64,000 nt of DNA from contig CP086569.2 of NCBI GenBank assembly GCA_009914755.4, positions 4,160,001 through 4,224,000 of the forward strand, given 5' to 3'. Numbering within the stretch: position 1 is the stretch's first letter; each line of letters starts with the position of its first letter. A program made the position numbers and the translations under genes. This document shows positions 1 through 15,400 of the stretch, piece after piece. The notes below the pieces were generated by a model that made no database searches, was not told where the DNA came from, and saw only the letters and a list, made by a program, of their open reading frames with translations. Source of the DNA: the human T2T-CHM13v2.0 reference genome, Homo sapiens.

Positions 1-860
1 AGGAGTGGAAAAGGAGGCACTTTATATAGAATTAATAAGTGGGGTGCCTTGAAGTCATGCTTTCTAGAGGACAGGCAGATAGGAATTAACTAATTTTAAA
101 AATATTGTGCATACTGCTAGTTATCATAGAAGAACAAGTTCAAACAATGATATCTCAAGTATCAGCTTATCACTATAACATTAAGGAATCAAAGTACAGA
201 AGAAAACAGAAGGACAAAATCTGTTCTAGTTCAGAAATATAACATAGGGATTTAATCATGTTTTCTTATGTAACAACTAATAATTTTTGTAACACTAACT
301 GAGGATTTTGCAAAATCCAGTACTATGATATTGTAAAAATAGCTTGATTATTTATAACTGTGATTATATTCACTTGAATGAATACCCCATTTTAGATATT
401 TCCTTTTTAATTAGAGAGTAAACAATGCAAAACAAAAATCATCAAATTTGGTTGTATGTGGAATTAAAAATACCTTATACTTGAGAGAACACAGTAGCTA
501 AAATTAATCTCCTTGCTAATTTTAAAAATAAATTATATTCAAATTAAATTCAAATGTCCTATGTTGGGTATGGCTTTTAATGGAGGCATTACTTTCGGAT
601 GTCCAGACCATAAATATTTTCTTTAAAAACTTTTAATCAACCCTGAGATACCAAGAAGAATAAAATTTATTTTTTTCTGTGACAAACTGAATTACAGATG
701 TGTTTATTTGCATTAGTGGGTGATAAGAAAAAATAGCTTTCAACACCTTAGAAAACACAAGTATAGTTACAAGTGCCCCAAATAAATAAATTAAAGAAAA
801 AGCATTTCAAAAACAACGTGAATTATAATGAAGAGACAGGAATATTGAGTGAATTCAAGA

Positions 861-1328
861 TGTGGACCCAGAAAATCTGAGACAGGTCTCTGTTAATTTA
901 GAAAGTTTATTTTGTGAAGGTTGAAGACACGCCCATGATACAGCCTCAGGAGGTCCCGATGACATGTGCCCAAGGTGGTCAGAGAACAGCTTGGTTTTTT
1001 ACATTTTAGGTAGACATGAGACATCAATCAATATATGTAAAAACCACATTGGTTCTGTCTGGAAAGGCAGGATAACTTAAAGCAAAGGCAGGAAAACTTG
1101 AAGTGGGGAGGGGGCTTCCGGGTCACAGGTAGGTGAGAGGCAAAAGTTGCATTCTTTTGGAATTTTGGATTAGCCTTTCCAAAGGAGGCAATCAGATATG
1201 CATTTATCTCAGTGAGCAAAGGGATAACTTTGAATAGAATGGGAGGCAGGTTTGCCCTAAGCAGTTCCAAGCTTGAATTTTCCCTTTAGCTTTGTTATTG
1301 TGGGAGCCCAAGATATTTTCCTTTCACA
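861..1328 (-). mobile_element. Solo LTR-like repeat, copy A of an unclassified ~450 bp family
   Basis: The reverse complement begins TGTGGGAGCCCAAGATATTTTCCTTTCAC (the common 5' terminus, compare TGTGAAAGGAAAATAAATCTTGGG in the other copies) and ends ...AATAAA...CTGAGACAGGTCTC...CA. It matches copies B-E internally along its full length. I cannot recall the family name. Confidence 0.5.
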
Positions 1329-4003
1329 AAAATAACGTTGTGCAAAATGTCTTTCAGAAACAATATGGGTTTTATATGTGTAAGTAAAAAAGAGCATATA
1401 GTATCAGAGATTATCTTTTGCCTCCATTAAATATTTCCAGTTGGAGATTTTCTTTACTTTGCCCCTGCCTCTATATTTTCTATCAACTCCTTCTGCCAGC
1501 CTCATGAATATCTGTGCTCCATATTCTAATTATACGCTCTGCTCCAGGTGAAGCCCCTTATGCATATTATTGATGTCCATATTACTAAGATCAGTAATCG
1601 GTTTACCTAGAACTTATTTATACATTTATATCTACACTTTAATGAATTTTGTTCATTTACCCAGTTATGCTGTTTTCTTATGAACCATAAAGCTCAGAAA
1701 TATGGAGCAAAGAAAAGATGATGGTAGAAATAAAAGTGCTTCCCCGATAGGTATTTTGATTCCTCCTATCTTGTTCTTAGATCTGTTAGCAAGTGTTCCC
1801 TAAAATCTCCAACATTCAATACTCTCACAAGCTTATTTTAAACAGTCTTCACTTCTGACCTGTAAACAGAAAAAAAAATTGCGAGAGAAAAATAATTCTA
1901 AACATTCTTACTTTAAACATGCATTGTTGTTTCTCAGATGAAGTTCTTAGAATCATAATTTGCAGAAGAGTTTATCTTAAAACTTTAAGCTATCATATTG
2001 ATCATATCTCATTAAAAACACATTTTCTTTCAAAGTCTTGAAATGCTAGCAAGCTTGTAGGTTCATATTTTACTTTATCTTATTCCCTTTGAACTCTCCC
2101 AAGTAATTTAATTTCTTAAATTCACCTTGAGCAAACTATTTTTTGCTATCTGCCAGAAAGCAGCTACCATAATCCAAGACCATGGTGGGCAATGTGATTT
2201 CTCTAAAGATAAATTCATTCTTATTATCTGATCACCTCTGGAGGATGAATTCCCCATGCTGTATGAATCTAGAATATTATTCATTAAACCTATTGAGCCT
2301 GCAACATGATCAAATACAGGTAGTACCTGTATAAAACCAGTGGAACTGTTGGAGTCAGGAAAATATAGTTCAGTTCACCACAGGATATTCCAATGACTAT
2401 AAATTAATCAGCTTGCCTTTAGTACCTCCTCCAGATCCCAAGAGAGACAATACAAAGTAGGCAAAAATTGATTTGGGCCTAAGTTTAGAAATATCTCATT
2501 TTTGGTAGATTCAAACTTTGTAATGGTAGTTTAAAAAGACGTTTTCACAATTCCCATATTTCTAAAATAATTTTAGACTTATCTGAATTTTTGTATTTAA
2601 ATATCTTGAAGTTCAGAATTGAGGATTATTTGACTTAGGTTAAAATTTTTATTTATACCACCTATATAGTAGAGATAATTCAAAGCTTCTTGTCAGGGTT
2701 TTAGATTCCAAGCTTATGCTGCTGCTGACTCAGTGACCAGAGAGAGTTTCTTAAACTTTTCAGCCTCCATTTTCTCATGCATAAAATAAGTAGTATAGCA
2801 GGAGTGATACTTTAATTATTTAACAGCCAGTATTATATAGGCACTGGCCAATAAACATAATTTCAATCAGAATAGATACTAGCCAACAGGTGTAAATCAG
2901 GTTAAGTCAGCTGGCTTTATAAATTGTATTCAAAAGGAAGTCATTATACTAAGGCTAGAAATGAAGTTTCATCTCCTATGACATATTTTACTTATTGTGA
3001 ATGGCTTCTTAAAATAGTATGTTGAGAGGAACAGTGAAGTCATATTTGGCTTCTGAGGAGAGATATTGCTCTGATAAATTAGCCACATTTTCCAGATGTA
3101 TAGGAAAGTGAAGTGGTGTTTGTAGTGCTCTATTGTAACATTTCTGGTGTTAAAAACTTGCTTAGAGGCTGCTTAATCTTAACACACAATTCTAGCTTAT
3201 TTGGTTTCTGAGATTAGAGCACAGTGTCAACTGAGAGTAATATCACGCCTCAGGAGGTGTTTAGAAATCTGGAGTTGTTAAGTAGCTAAGGGCTAATAAT
3301 TTTTAATATTCTGTAAACTTTTAGATAGCCCCACACACCTGAAAACATTGTTTTATCCTAAATGTCATAATGCCCCCTGCTGGTCAACACTGCTATAGTT
3401 TAATAGAAGTTTAATAGAAGAAGCAATACAGAAAATAAGGAAGGGGGCTGCTGTAAGTTTATATAATGACTTTCTTGAAAAGTAGCACTAATAGGAAGAG
3501 AAAAAGCAGAAAAAAATACAATGAGAAAACATATACAATAAATCAAAATGCACAATATAAGATAATTTAATATAAGCACATTAGTCTACAAACATTGGCA
3601 GGTCCTTGAAATAGTACATTATTACAATACTGGAGAATAATTGATTATCACATTGATTGTCTTGAGTTATCAAATGATTAATTTATATATGTGTAAGGTA
3701 AGAGTATAGAGTAGTTTGTAATACATCTTCCAACAAATTTCATGCAAAACGAGTAACAGACATTTTAAAAGGTTTCGATGTTTCAAAGAAACTCCAGAAA
3801 ATATGGTCATCTACAATTGCTCTTCATTTTGCAGAGGAGTTTGTTAAAAAATGAATTGATTCCCTACTCTTGTTCACACCTCAAATCACTACAAACTTGC
3901 TTTCACTCTATTTATCTGAATCTGCTTTCACCAAGTTACTAATAAACTCTCTAGAGCTAAAGGCAATGGACAATTCCTATGGAATGATTCCAACATTTGA
4001 TAC

Positions 4004-4098
4004 TTGTGAAAGGAAAATAAATCTTGGGATTTCAAAATCACTAAGCCAAAGGGGAAAATCAATGTGGGAACTGGAAATCTATCTCCCATTTTATTCCT
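4004..4098 (+). mobile_element. About 95 bp 5'-terminal fragment of the same LTR-like family
   Basis: TGTGAAAGGAAAATAAATCTTGGGATTTCAAAATCACTAAGCCAAAGGGGAAAA... matches the first ~100 bp of copy D at 39766. Confidence 0.35.
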
Positions 4099-5649
4099 AA
4101 ATAAGATACTTATAAAGATAGAATAGCTATATACCTCCCTCACAATTTTCCCACTAGGAAATGCCTTGTGAGTCTCAAGATCTTTATCTAAAATGGTTCT
4201 GTTGAATTTTACCCTGACAATATAAATTGATAGCTTATCTTCACAGGTGCAACACAAAAGATAGAATGCTGTATTCTGTCTGCTCACCTGAGACAAATGT
4301 ATATCTGATTACTTCCTCTGATATAAAAATGCAGATTTACTGAGCCAGACAAAGGCATAAGTGACTATGCTACACCTCTCTCGAATTTAAATTGTGTATT
4401 CAGTGAAAGGCTAATCCAAGACTCAAAAGAATGCAACTTTTTTCTCTTATCTACCCACAACTTTTTTAACTGTCTTCCTCTTTCCCCATATCCACCCTTT
4501 ACCCTATAAATATTAAAGCCCTCAAAATCATCTTTGGAGACAGGCACAGACATGCTTCTCAGGCATGCATCCTTAACCTTGGCAAAATCTTTCTAAACTG
4601 ACTGAGAGCAGCCTCAGATACTTTTGGTTTACATACTATTGGCCTCTTCTTTCTGCCTGAGATATCTTTGTCCTTGATTTCAACATCATTATTCTTTTGT
4701 TATTTTTTAATTAAATTCTTGGTTCTCTCATTCTCTATCTCCATTGTGAGTGCTTTTTGTATCTGCCACAGAATTAACCATGAACCTCTCTTCTCCTTTT
4801 ACTTTTGTGTGCTTTCTGGGCAATATTATCCATTGATGCTTCAAGTAGCACTTACATATTATAATTCACATCTTCATTTTGAGTCTTAACCACTCTTCTG
4901 GACTCTACTAATAAAAGCTTAAGTCTCCTCATATCTAGATCTTTACTTCAACTGCAGAGGCATAATCCAGAGACCACCTTGACATGTCATATGTCTATGA
5001 AAGTTGTGTAATACAATAAATAGTAACTTCTTAAAGAACTGAATCACCTAATACTTTGTAAGCCAATGTGGCTTGAAAACCTCTTATAAATTTTAGTTAA
5101 AAAACAAGAATGACATCAATGGAACAACCTTTCCAAATATATCAGCTTCTTAGAGCTTTCTGACATTTCAGCCATGTATTAGTCAAAGTGACATGATATT
5201 TAGAAGAAGATTTGTTTATTTCAGGCTTTGATAATTTCCTGTAAACTAACTGGCATTTGGCATCACATAGCTGAAAGGGGCATCAGTTTAAAGATTACAG
5301 GATAAATCATTTGGGAACATTAGTCACTTTCTGAGTCACATAGCTATTTACGTAATTCTATAAATGTATTTCTAATAACTACCTGTTCAATGAAAATATT
5401 ATCTAACTCTGGTTTCCTTTTATGGATTGATAATTACTCTATAATATCTTAATAATTAGGTAGCTAATATGCTATCATGCTATTTCCTTTTGCATATATT
5501 TTTACCTTTTATGAAATAGATTTCCTCCTTATGTACAAATTTATAAGTGCATAATCATAGGCAAGATGTGACTTTACTGACTAAATCTGGTATCTACCTT
5601 TTTTAACTGCCTGATATTTTGTAAATTTATTTTTTACTTACATACTGTG

Positions 5650-6172
5650 ATGGTTAATATTCAGTGTCAACTTGATTGGATTGAAGGATGCAAAGTATTG
5701 TTCCTGGGTATTTCTGTGAGGGTGTTACCAAAAGAGATTAACATTTGAGTCAGTGGACTGGAAGAGGCAGACCCACCCTCAATCTGGGTGGGCACCATCT
5801 AATCATCTGCCAGTATGGCTAGAATAGAGCAGGCAGAAGAAAGTGGAATAAAGAGACTTGCTGAGTCTTCTGGCCTTCATCTATCTCCCATGCTGGATGC
5901 TTCCTGCCCTCGAACATCAGACTCCAAGTGCTTCAGCTTTTGGACTCAGACTTATACCAGTGATTTGCCAGGGTGAAGGCTGCATAGTCAGCTTCCCTCC
6001 TTTTGAGGTTCTGGGATTCAGACTGGCTTCCTTGCTCCTTAGCTTGCAGAGTGCCCCGGGGATTCACCTTGTGATTGTGTGAGTCAATACTCCTTAATAA
6101 ACTCCCTTTCATATATACATAAACCCTATTAGTTCTGTCCCTTTAGAAAACCCTAATACACATACTTATTAT
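5650..6172 (+). mobile_element. Old L1 (L1M-type) 3'-end-derived repeat
   Basis: Contains the characteristic motif ...CTGTGAGGGTGTTACCAAAAGAGATTAACATTTGAGTCAGTGGACTGG...CCACCCTCAATCTGGGTGGGCACCATCTAATC...GCCTTCATCTATCTCCCATGCTGGATGCTTCC.... I remember this from mammalian L1M 3' ends. The exact family is uncertain. Confidence 0.4.
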
Positions 6173-9100
6173 TTACTTATTTTTTTCAGTGTCTTTTGGA
6201 AAGGATGTCATCAGAAATTTCATATTTATTGCTAACTTGCATGTTGCCAGAAATGTCCTAAAATTGTTTTACAGATTTTTTATAATCTTTGTCTACTTTT
6301 GTTGTTGTTTTTCTGCCTAGCTAGTCATTAAATGCACAAATTTATAGGCTGTAATATATGTTTATTGGTCAAAATTGAAGTACTAACAATTACAACCCGG
6401 TAGTTCTAAAAGGCTATTCTAGTGACCTAACATCATAAAAACTATTTGTAAATAGTTTCTCAGTTGACTTTCTGACTCATACCTCATTGGCTGTCTTTTC
6501 TCACTCTTCTTGGCTATATACTCTTTCTCTTGCTGCTTTGAATGTTTAAGTGTCCCAAGGTAGAGTTCTAGGACTTCTCTATCTACATTCATTTACTAGG
6601 TCATCTAATTCAGCCCCATGGTTTACAAAACACCCTGTCTTCATGATTCCTGAATTCATATTTCCAGAACAGACCCTGCCCTTGAAATTCACATTACAAT
6701 ATTCAACCGGATACCCAAAAGCTTCAGTTATACATATAAAAGTGACTTTAAATTTAACTTATCTGCAACTAAATCTTTGATTTCCTTCTAAATTTGCTCT
6801 GTTAACAGGTTGTCAAAGTTCAGTAAATGATATTATTAACTCATTCAGGTTGTCAGGCCAAAACATTTGAGAAGATCCTTGACCCCTTTCTTTTTCTCAT
6901 CCCCCAAATCCAGTCCATTCTCAAGGCCATTGGGCTCAGCCTTCAAAGTGTATCACAAATCTGATTACTTGTCACTACCTCCACTGTTACCACCCTAACC
7001 CAAGCCACCATCATATTTTACACAGAAAACTTCAAGAGCCTCCTAACTGTTCTTCCGTTGCTTACTCTTGACCCTCTTGACTATCTATTTTCAACATAGC
7101 AATTACACCAATCACGTTAAAACATAAGGCTTTCAGTATCTGTGACACAATAGGTTCTCTCACTGTAGGCCCTTGGAACATCGTTTTTATTATTTGAAAT
7201 ATTATTTACCCCAGTCATGTTCTATTGGTTAAAAGCTGTACTTCCCTTGGCTGTCAGCTTGGCATCTGTATTAGTCAATTGTCCAGAGGGACAGAACTAA
7301 TAGAACATATGTATATGTGAAACGTAGTTTATAGAGAGAATTGGCTCACACAATCACAAGGCAAAGTCCCATGATAGACCATCTGCAAGGTGGAAAAGAA
7401 AGCAGCCACTAGTAGATTTGTCTGAGTTAAGACTAACAATTTATTGTATTATCTCTAGACTTTTTTTGTTAAGGAAATGGGAAAAGAGATAAATGGTGTG
7501 CCATGAATTGAAGACTATAATATTTCAAATAACCAACTTTCCCACTTCCATTTCCAAACATAACCCCATCTGAAAGTTAAACATATCCTTCCTTTATAGA
7601 CAATCGAACCTCTATTATGTTCCATTAGTTAAAATTCAAAAGTATAATTGCCTTTATGTATAGTTCATTGTGGACAAAGTATCGTCTTGTATATATATGC
7701 CAATGAATGGATCCTGAGACATCTAATGAATTCTTGCCATTTTGAATATAGAAGCCATATATTATGTTATTTTTTTACCTTTATAAGAGCATGACATTTA
7801 TAAAAACATTTAATCTAGTATGAAAACATAAGGTAGAATGCTGGTCCATTCCTTTGTTATAATTGTTTGCTTTGAATCTCAGATTAAGTTAATTACATTT
7901 TTCATTTCATAGTGTACTACTGTTAATACATGAATTACTCTTCTATTTACTATTAACATTTTCTCTTTCTTACCGTGTTCTTTCAATCTACCCTCCATAA
8001 GACTACTTACCTATTGAAAAAACCTCTAGAAAAACCAGTGTTTTAGGAAATAAGCATTTTTTTTTACTTTACTTAAATGATTTCATGCTTTGATCTTTAT
8101 TTTTGCCAACTTTCAGTGAGTTCCTTGTAATATTCTAGAGATTATTAATGCTTTGCCAGTGATTAATATTGCAAATATCTTCTCCCACTCAACCATCTTT
8201 CTCTTAATTTTGATTATGGCATCTTTTGCAGAATAGATATCTTGAGTTTAACATAGTCAAATCTAATAATGTTTATCTTTATGTTTGGTGCTTTTAAGGC
8301 TTTGCCAATAATAACTTTATCCATGTCTTCTTCTGGAATACAGGCTCTTCAGGTTTTTATTGCATGTTCCTTTACATGCCAAAGAAACTGACCTTGGCTT
8401 TTTCTGTTCTCACAGCAGGATCACAAAACTCTTGACAGGTCCTCTGTGCCTTATCGATCCACAGACACCATAGAGACATCTTTAACATCCTGCCAACTCC
8501 ACACTCTTTCAAAGTTCTACTCAACAATTTATCAAACTAGTGTCCTCCCCCATAAATGTCCTACAGTTCACACAAAAGACACTAGCCTCTTGAGGGAGGC
8601 CTTTACAATTTTCATTGACATCAGTCCTTTCAAGTTACTCCATGCAGCTAAAATAAAGCCATCTTTTCTCAATGTGTTACCATGTAACCTAAGAGAACCT
8701 TGCCCCTGCTTGTGGTCTCCTTTCCTTTACAGGGTTCACTCAATATAAGCTTTCTCCATAACTCACAGACTTACCCACTAAGATAGGAAGGGTATTCCTA
8801 CATGTGCACATAGCTGACCAAAGATGTGATCTCTGAATCTCAAGTAGTCTTCATTCCCTTTAAGCTGATTGATTGAACAAAGGAAATAGACATCACATTC
8901 TAGGCTCTTTCAATTTGAAATTATATGACTTAACATATCACAATTCCCATAAATGTATTTCATTCACATTTTATCGAATTAACAATAGTAGCTCCTACAA
9001 TTATGCATAACTAGTTATTTAGCAGGGCTCCAATATGGTACACAAGTACAAACAAAATTGGAACTTAAGCTTACGGAGATCTGAAAGTTCCCTTGGGTTA

Positions 9101-10082
9101 ACCTTTTAAGGAAAGAGATTATGCAGGATTACTTTCAAAGGGACTTCAACAATTTCACTTAAACATTTCATTTTTGTTTGAAATACTTCTTCCATGCCCT
9201 TAAAAAAATAGCACTTGAACATAAATTTAATTTATTTAGTAAGGCTATTTTTACTTCCTGCAGAAAGGGTACACTTGCCAGAAGTTTTGCCATGACAGTA
9301 CACTGAACAAAGGAGACGACAGGGTCATTTATAACCTGACGCGTCCACCCTACTGCTGTGTCCGGTTTCCATTGGCTGGAAGGAGACCTCACATTCTGTG
9401 TTTGTCCCAACTGGCTAGCAACTTAGAACTTTTTAAAAGAGGCAAAAGGAGAGGAGAACAAAGGAAGGAGGAAGTAACTTGTGGAATGCTGAGAAGGGTA
9501 AAAACACTTTTAAGTAAGGAAGAGGAACAGGCTATGACCTAATGCTTGCTTGGACCAGTATAAGCATGCCAGGGCAAATATTTAGGCTAAATTGTGGGAG
9601 CTAAGAACATAAAGTACATTGATTTCTTTATGACGGCTAGCAGATATTTCAGAATGTTAGCACAGGTATTTGAATACATTTTGCTTCTAAGAGAAGTTAC
9701 TATTTATTCCTAATTAGACGGGGAGGAAAGTCTTTGAAGAGGAACCTCTACTTTAATTTTTACAATTTTCATTTTTATTTCATGGTATTTTCCATTTAAA
9801 AACTGATCATTATCTAAGACTAGTTTCATCATAAAAGAGTTTTGTTTTGCTCAGGAAGCACAATCTACTAGAAGGAGGTTATTACTTTATGATCAAGTAG
9901 TCACCAAACTCTTCTCTTGCTGCTAAACAACAAATTATGTATTGAATGCCATCCTAAGTAAGCTTATAAATCTCTGCCCCCATTCTGGAATAGTTGCCTT
10001 TTGTAGAGGACACATACAATGAATAAAATCCCTACAAATTATGGACCCATTTCACCAACAGTGGAAACCATTCTAACTTGAA

Positions 10083-10152
10083 CATACACACTCCCACATA
10101 CACATCTGTGCATGCACACACACACCACACACCACACACACACACATACACA
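10083..10152. repeat. Imperfect (CA)n / CA-rich simple repeat
   Basis: Visible run acacacactcccacatacacatctgtgcatgcacacacacaccacacaccacacacacacacatacacatc. Confidence 0.8.
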
Positions 10153-12043
10153 TCATGTTTAAAGAACATTTTCATTGCTTTGAACATTTTTTTCTATGTA
10201 ACTTCTCTTCAGACTTTATCTAAAAACCTGGCATCCCTTTAAACTTATTAATACTTTTTCCATCTTGGGAACTTGAGAGAATCCCAAAGATTTTTTATCT
10301 TATTACAGAAATTTAAGTTTCACAGAAAGATTCTAAATATTTTATATTAGCCAACCATTTAAAGAAGACTCTTCAACTGAAGATATACAAAATTCCTTAA
10401 AATGAGTTGCTTTGATTAACCAAATCAGCCTCTTTAGAAATGTTTTATTCAAATTACATTTAAATGTCTATGCTTCATAGGCAAATGCTTTAGACACAGC
10501 AAATTCACCATAACTTTGCCTGTCCTTATACACACATCTACCACATAACAGGGCCTCCAGCAAGGAAAAGTAATAAACAGATTCAAGAAGGAACTCTTTG
10601 TAGTCAAAAGCTGTTTCTGACCTATGCTGCATATTCACGGGCAAAATGAACAAATCTGATATTTGATGATATATTTGCTAGAATCTGGTACCATATAAGG
10701 AACTTGTTCATATATTACTGACATAGCAATTTCAATATGAGTTGTCCTGTCCTTCTACATATACCTGCCACATAATATGTACTGTAGATCACAATTATAC
10801 ACTTCTTGCTCTCAGGCACTTTTAGGTCTAGGTTGCATATTCCATATAAAAGATGGCATGTGTGACCGCTGATGTTCTCTTGCTCTTATCAAGAACATCA
10901 GACTGTTTACTGAGCTTTCTGAACTTTCCTGAATCAACAACATAGATAAGTCCTCTATATCACCCAGTTTTTAAGATAATTTCAAAGGTTTTCATGTAAT
11001 TTCTAAAGCATAGGTATTTATGTTCATACCATAAACAAAAGCCCTTGAAAAGGTTCATTACATTTTTAATTGCACCCATTATTGGTGCAATTGAATTGCA
11101 CCAATTAATTGCAATACTAGGTTCCCTTTCCCCATTTTGTGCTATGCTGTTTTTTACAGAGATCCCATCCAACAAATGAGATTCTACTTTGAATGCACCA
11201 CAAGAAGATATTTTTTGCTTTTTGCTACATACCTATTTTGAGCTCATAAAGCAATTTCTGTTTCTCATGACTCATTAATTAAATTAAATTGAAAATGTCA
11301 ATACCTAAAATTTCCAATGCTTCCCTCATATTTTTAAACAACTTGCAACCCTATTGTCCTCTCTTAACAGTTATAAACAGACCATTCCTTAAAATATATC
11401 TGTACCAAATATGAAGACTTAATGATGTCCAGGAGAGTTTATACATGAGTCCTCAGAACTTTACAATAAACAACTCCTTAACAGGGTTTTCTTTTTTAAT
11501 CTTACAATTCATAAACCACATCCACAAAAGAACAGCTTTGATTTATAAAATTTCACTTCTTCTGTCATCAGGTCAGGATATGTTCAGTTATGAGTAATAG
11601 CAAACTCAAAGAATATGGCTAAACAGAGAAGAATTTATTTTTATGACATGAAAAGAAGCCCAGTGGCAGGAAGTTCAGGGTTGTTAATGAGATTCACCAA
11701 TGCCAACAGGGAGCCAAGATCTTTCCAACTTTCAATTCTGCTTATCTTAGAGTGTAAAGGCTTTCATGCTCAAGGGTATCCAGTAGTCATATAAGACCTG
11801 CTGGCTTTAAAACCAGTTAGACAGGCAAAAGGGCAAAAGGTGAAATGATGAAGAGATTCTTCCTAGAGACATGTTGCCTTTTTATTAAAAATGGATTTCC
11901 TCCCCAGAAATTCCTGCCTATATCTCATTGACTAGAATTGTGTCACAAATTCACTGCAGCTTCAAGGGAGGCTGGGAAATTAGGTATTTCTATTTGGACT
12001 CATTGACAGCCTAAATAAACTTGAAGTTCTTTTAATAAAGAAT

Positions 12044-12435
<392 letters not shown>

Positions 12436-15400
12436 TTACATATTAAAAATTTATGGCATTTCTTCCCCTTATGTAAACATCAGCCAGCCACGTATCAAAG
12501 CCTGTAGCATGCCACAAATATATAAATAGTTGGGGATTATAGATGTAGTTTAAAGGTACTTCATATTCCTGTCCTTTGTCTTTGACATGTAGAAGATAGT
12601 TGACATTGGTAGATACATTGCATTCATCAGGAATTGATCTTCAGTAGCCTTTATTTTCCTTTCCTATCACAGACACTATAGGAAATCATGACCTTTCATA
12701 AGGTCTTTATATCAGAGATTGTCAAACTTCAAAATCTTTCCATGTCTACTTGCATTTCTTTGCATATATTGTATATAATTATTGAGTATATATTGATTCT
12801 TTCTATGTCAGAATAAGGCACACCTGAAAATTTATAATTCTTTACTTTAACGAGTCAATATTTACAAGATTCTATTTCTTTCAACTTATGCAGGCAACAA
12901 TAATGATTATTCTATAATGTGGGAGCAAAACAAATTATGACATAGTATATCCTGAAATTTACATACCAGTAATTTAACAGAGCCTCTGTTATATTTTTCA
13001 ATTTCAAGACATTTCAAACCCATGTGGTTCATCTAATTTTAATGCTGAAATTCTGTGATCATTGACAGAATATTCCTGATAGAAAACAGATTATCTATCA
13101 GCCAGCTCCTCTAGACTTTACTAATGTAGTTACATGAAAAAGTGTCTCTACATCATGCTGATTATATAATTTTTATAAAACATCTTTATAATTAAAAAAT
13201 AAAATATCTACATAAACTTATTTTTATTCAAGCCAAAAACAAAATACCTTAAAATGGATACCATATTTGCAATTTTATCTATCATTTGAAGTTTCATTGT
13301 ATAACTAAAAGACACACTACTCAAAATTGATGTAGTCTTGCACATTGTTATAGGTCCCTGTCCTGTCTTAGATTTTCTTGTACTTTGCCAAGAGAAAATC
13401 CAATAAATGTAATTCCTACAATTTGCAAACACATCATACTATTAAATTTAACTGCTAAGAGTTTTTCTTATGGTTGGGATTTAGATAGGATAGAAAAGAT
13501 CTTTTATCTTGGGTTCACACATGAAAAATCAGACAAATTAAAACTTACCCCATAGGGCTAATGAAGAGTGGTGAATTTAACAATGTCTTGATGAACTGAA
13601 TCCCAGAAAGAAACAAGCCCTTGGTGTGTAAACTGAGATTCATGGTAGCTTTTATACCTGGGGCAGGCAGCTAGGGTGGAGAGGATCATACTTGCCATTA
13701 ATAGGCAGACTATGCTGGGAAAAAGGAAATCAAACATGCTTAAACAACAGTGGCCAAATCATGAAGAAAATGAATAATATTTTACTCTGCATCAAATAAG
13801 TAGTTTAATTGAGATACTTTCAGAGGAGAGAAATTGTACATTGGAACTTATAGATTCATTTATTGTTTTGGAGAGTCTATATATATTTGGGCTGATTAGT
13901 TACAATTTACTTAAAAAGTAGTAGAGTCCAAGATGGAACAGGAAAATAATAAAACTTTTATTTCATGAAGAGAGTAAATTTCACAAAGATGCATATAAAA
14001 ATAACTTTATGCCACAATTTTTCAATTTATTGAAGTTTAACTGACATACAATGAAAAACATATCTTAAGTATGCAGTCAGATAAAATTTTAATATATATG
14101 TGTATATTTGACATATATTTACATATATACACATGCACATAGTTATGGACGGAATTGCATCCCTCCCAAATTCATATGTTGAAACTCTAATCCACAATAT
14201 GAGTGTATTTGGAGATGTAGCATTTAAAGAGTTAAAGTTAAATGGGGCCTTAATCCAATATGGCTGATGTCCTTATAAGAAGAAGAGATACCAGGGATGC
14301 TATCTTAGAATTGGCAAATATTCCAGATACTATTCCTGAGTAACAAATAACTCAAAATCTTAGTGGCTTAAAACAAAATTATAGTGCTCAAACATTTGCA
14401 ATTTGTGCAGCATGTGACTGAGATTAGCTCATCTCTGCTCTACTTGGCATAAGGTGGAATGATTTAAAGTATGGATTTGGGGGCTGGATTTATCTAAAGG
14501 CTTGTGTATTCATATGTTTAGTAGTTGATGTGTGCTGCTGGTTGAGACCTATGTCTATTCTATGTTACCTGGGCTTCCTCACCACATGGTGAGTGGGTGA
14601 CAAGGACTACCATTCCAAAATAAAGAGGAAGATAGAAACCATAATGCATTTTATAATTGTATTGGAGGTCAAAGCAGTATGACTTCCATCACATTATATT
14701 TTTTGAGGCAAAAGCATAGGCCTGCCTAGGTTAAAGGGAAGGGGAAGTATATTATACCCCTTAATGAAGAGTAGCAAAATTCTAGAAGAACATAAGAGAA
14801 TGGATCTCTGATCTAAATGATGTGACAATTTTTGAAAAATACAATATGCCGTAGCAATTTTCTGCATTTGAAGTAAAATCTTCAAACATGTGTATATTAA
14901 TTAATTTGGAGTAACCCTGAGAAGTGGGACCAAAAATTGAAGTGGAAAAAAAGCAAACTTATTATTTTGAGATCATACATTTTTTATATTTTTGAATTTT
15001 AAACATAATCTTCAAGCAGACTTTTAAAAATTATGCAAATAATACTGGCATTGCTAAGTACAAGTATTACTGGAAGTCAATGCATACACAAATTGTGAAA
15101 GAAACTGCTAGTTTTATAAATGGATAGAATCAATTCTACTGCTCTGATTTTACAAATGAGATAATAGCTACCCATTAATGGTGGCCATCTGCTGGAATTG
15201 TCAGATATTATCTACATTTTCAGATCATTGCTGAAATGCTTGCTCAGTTGCTTACTACACAGAACTGCTGTGCTCATAGATATATACTTACATTGTTGCT
15301 CTCAGGCCACAGTGTCATATACCATATGCAAAATGTTTTCAGAACAGCAGTAGAGAACTGTAGAGAATGCGATAAAAGGTCAACTTAATTCGTTAACTTT

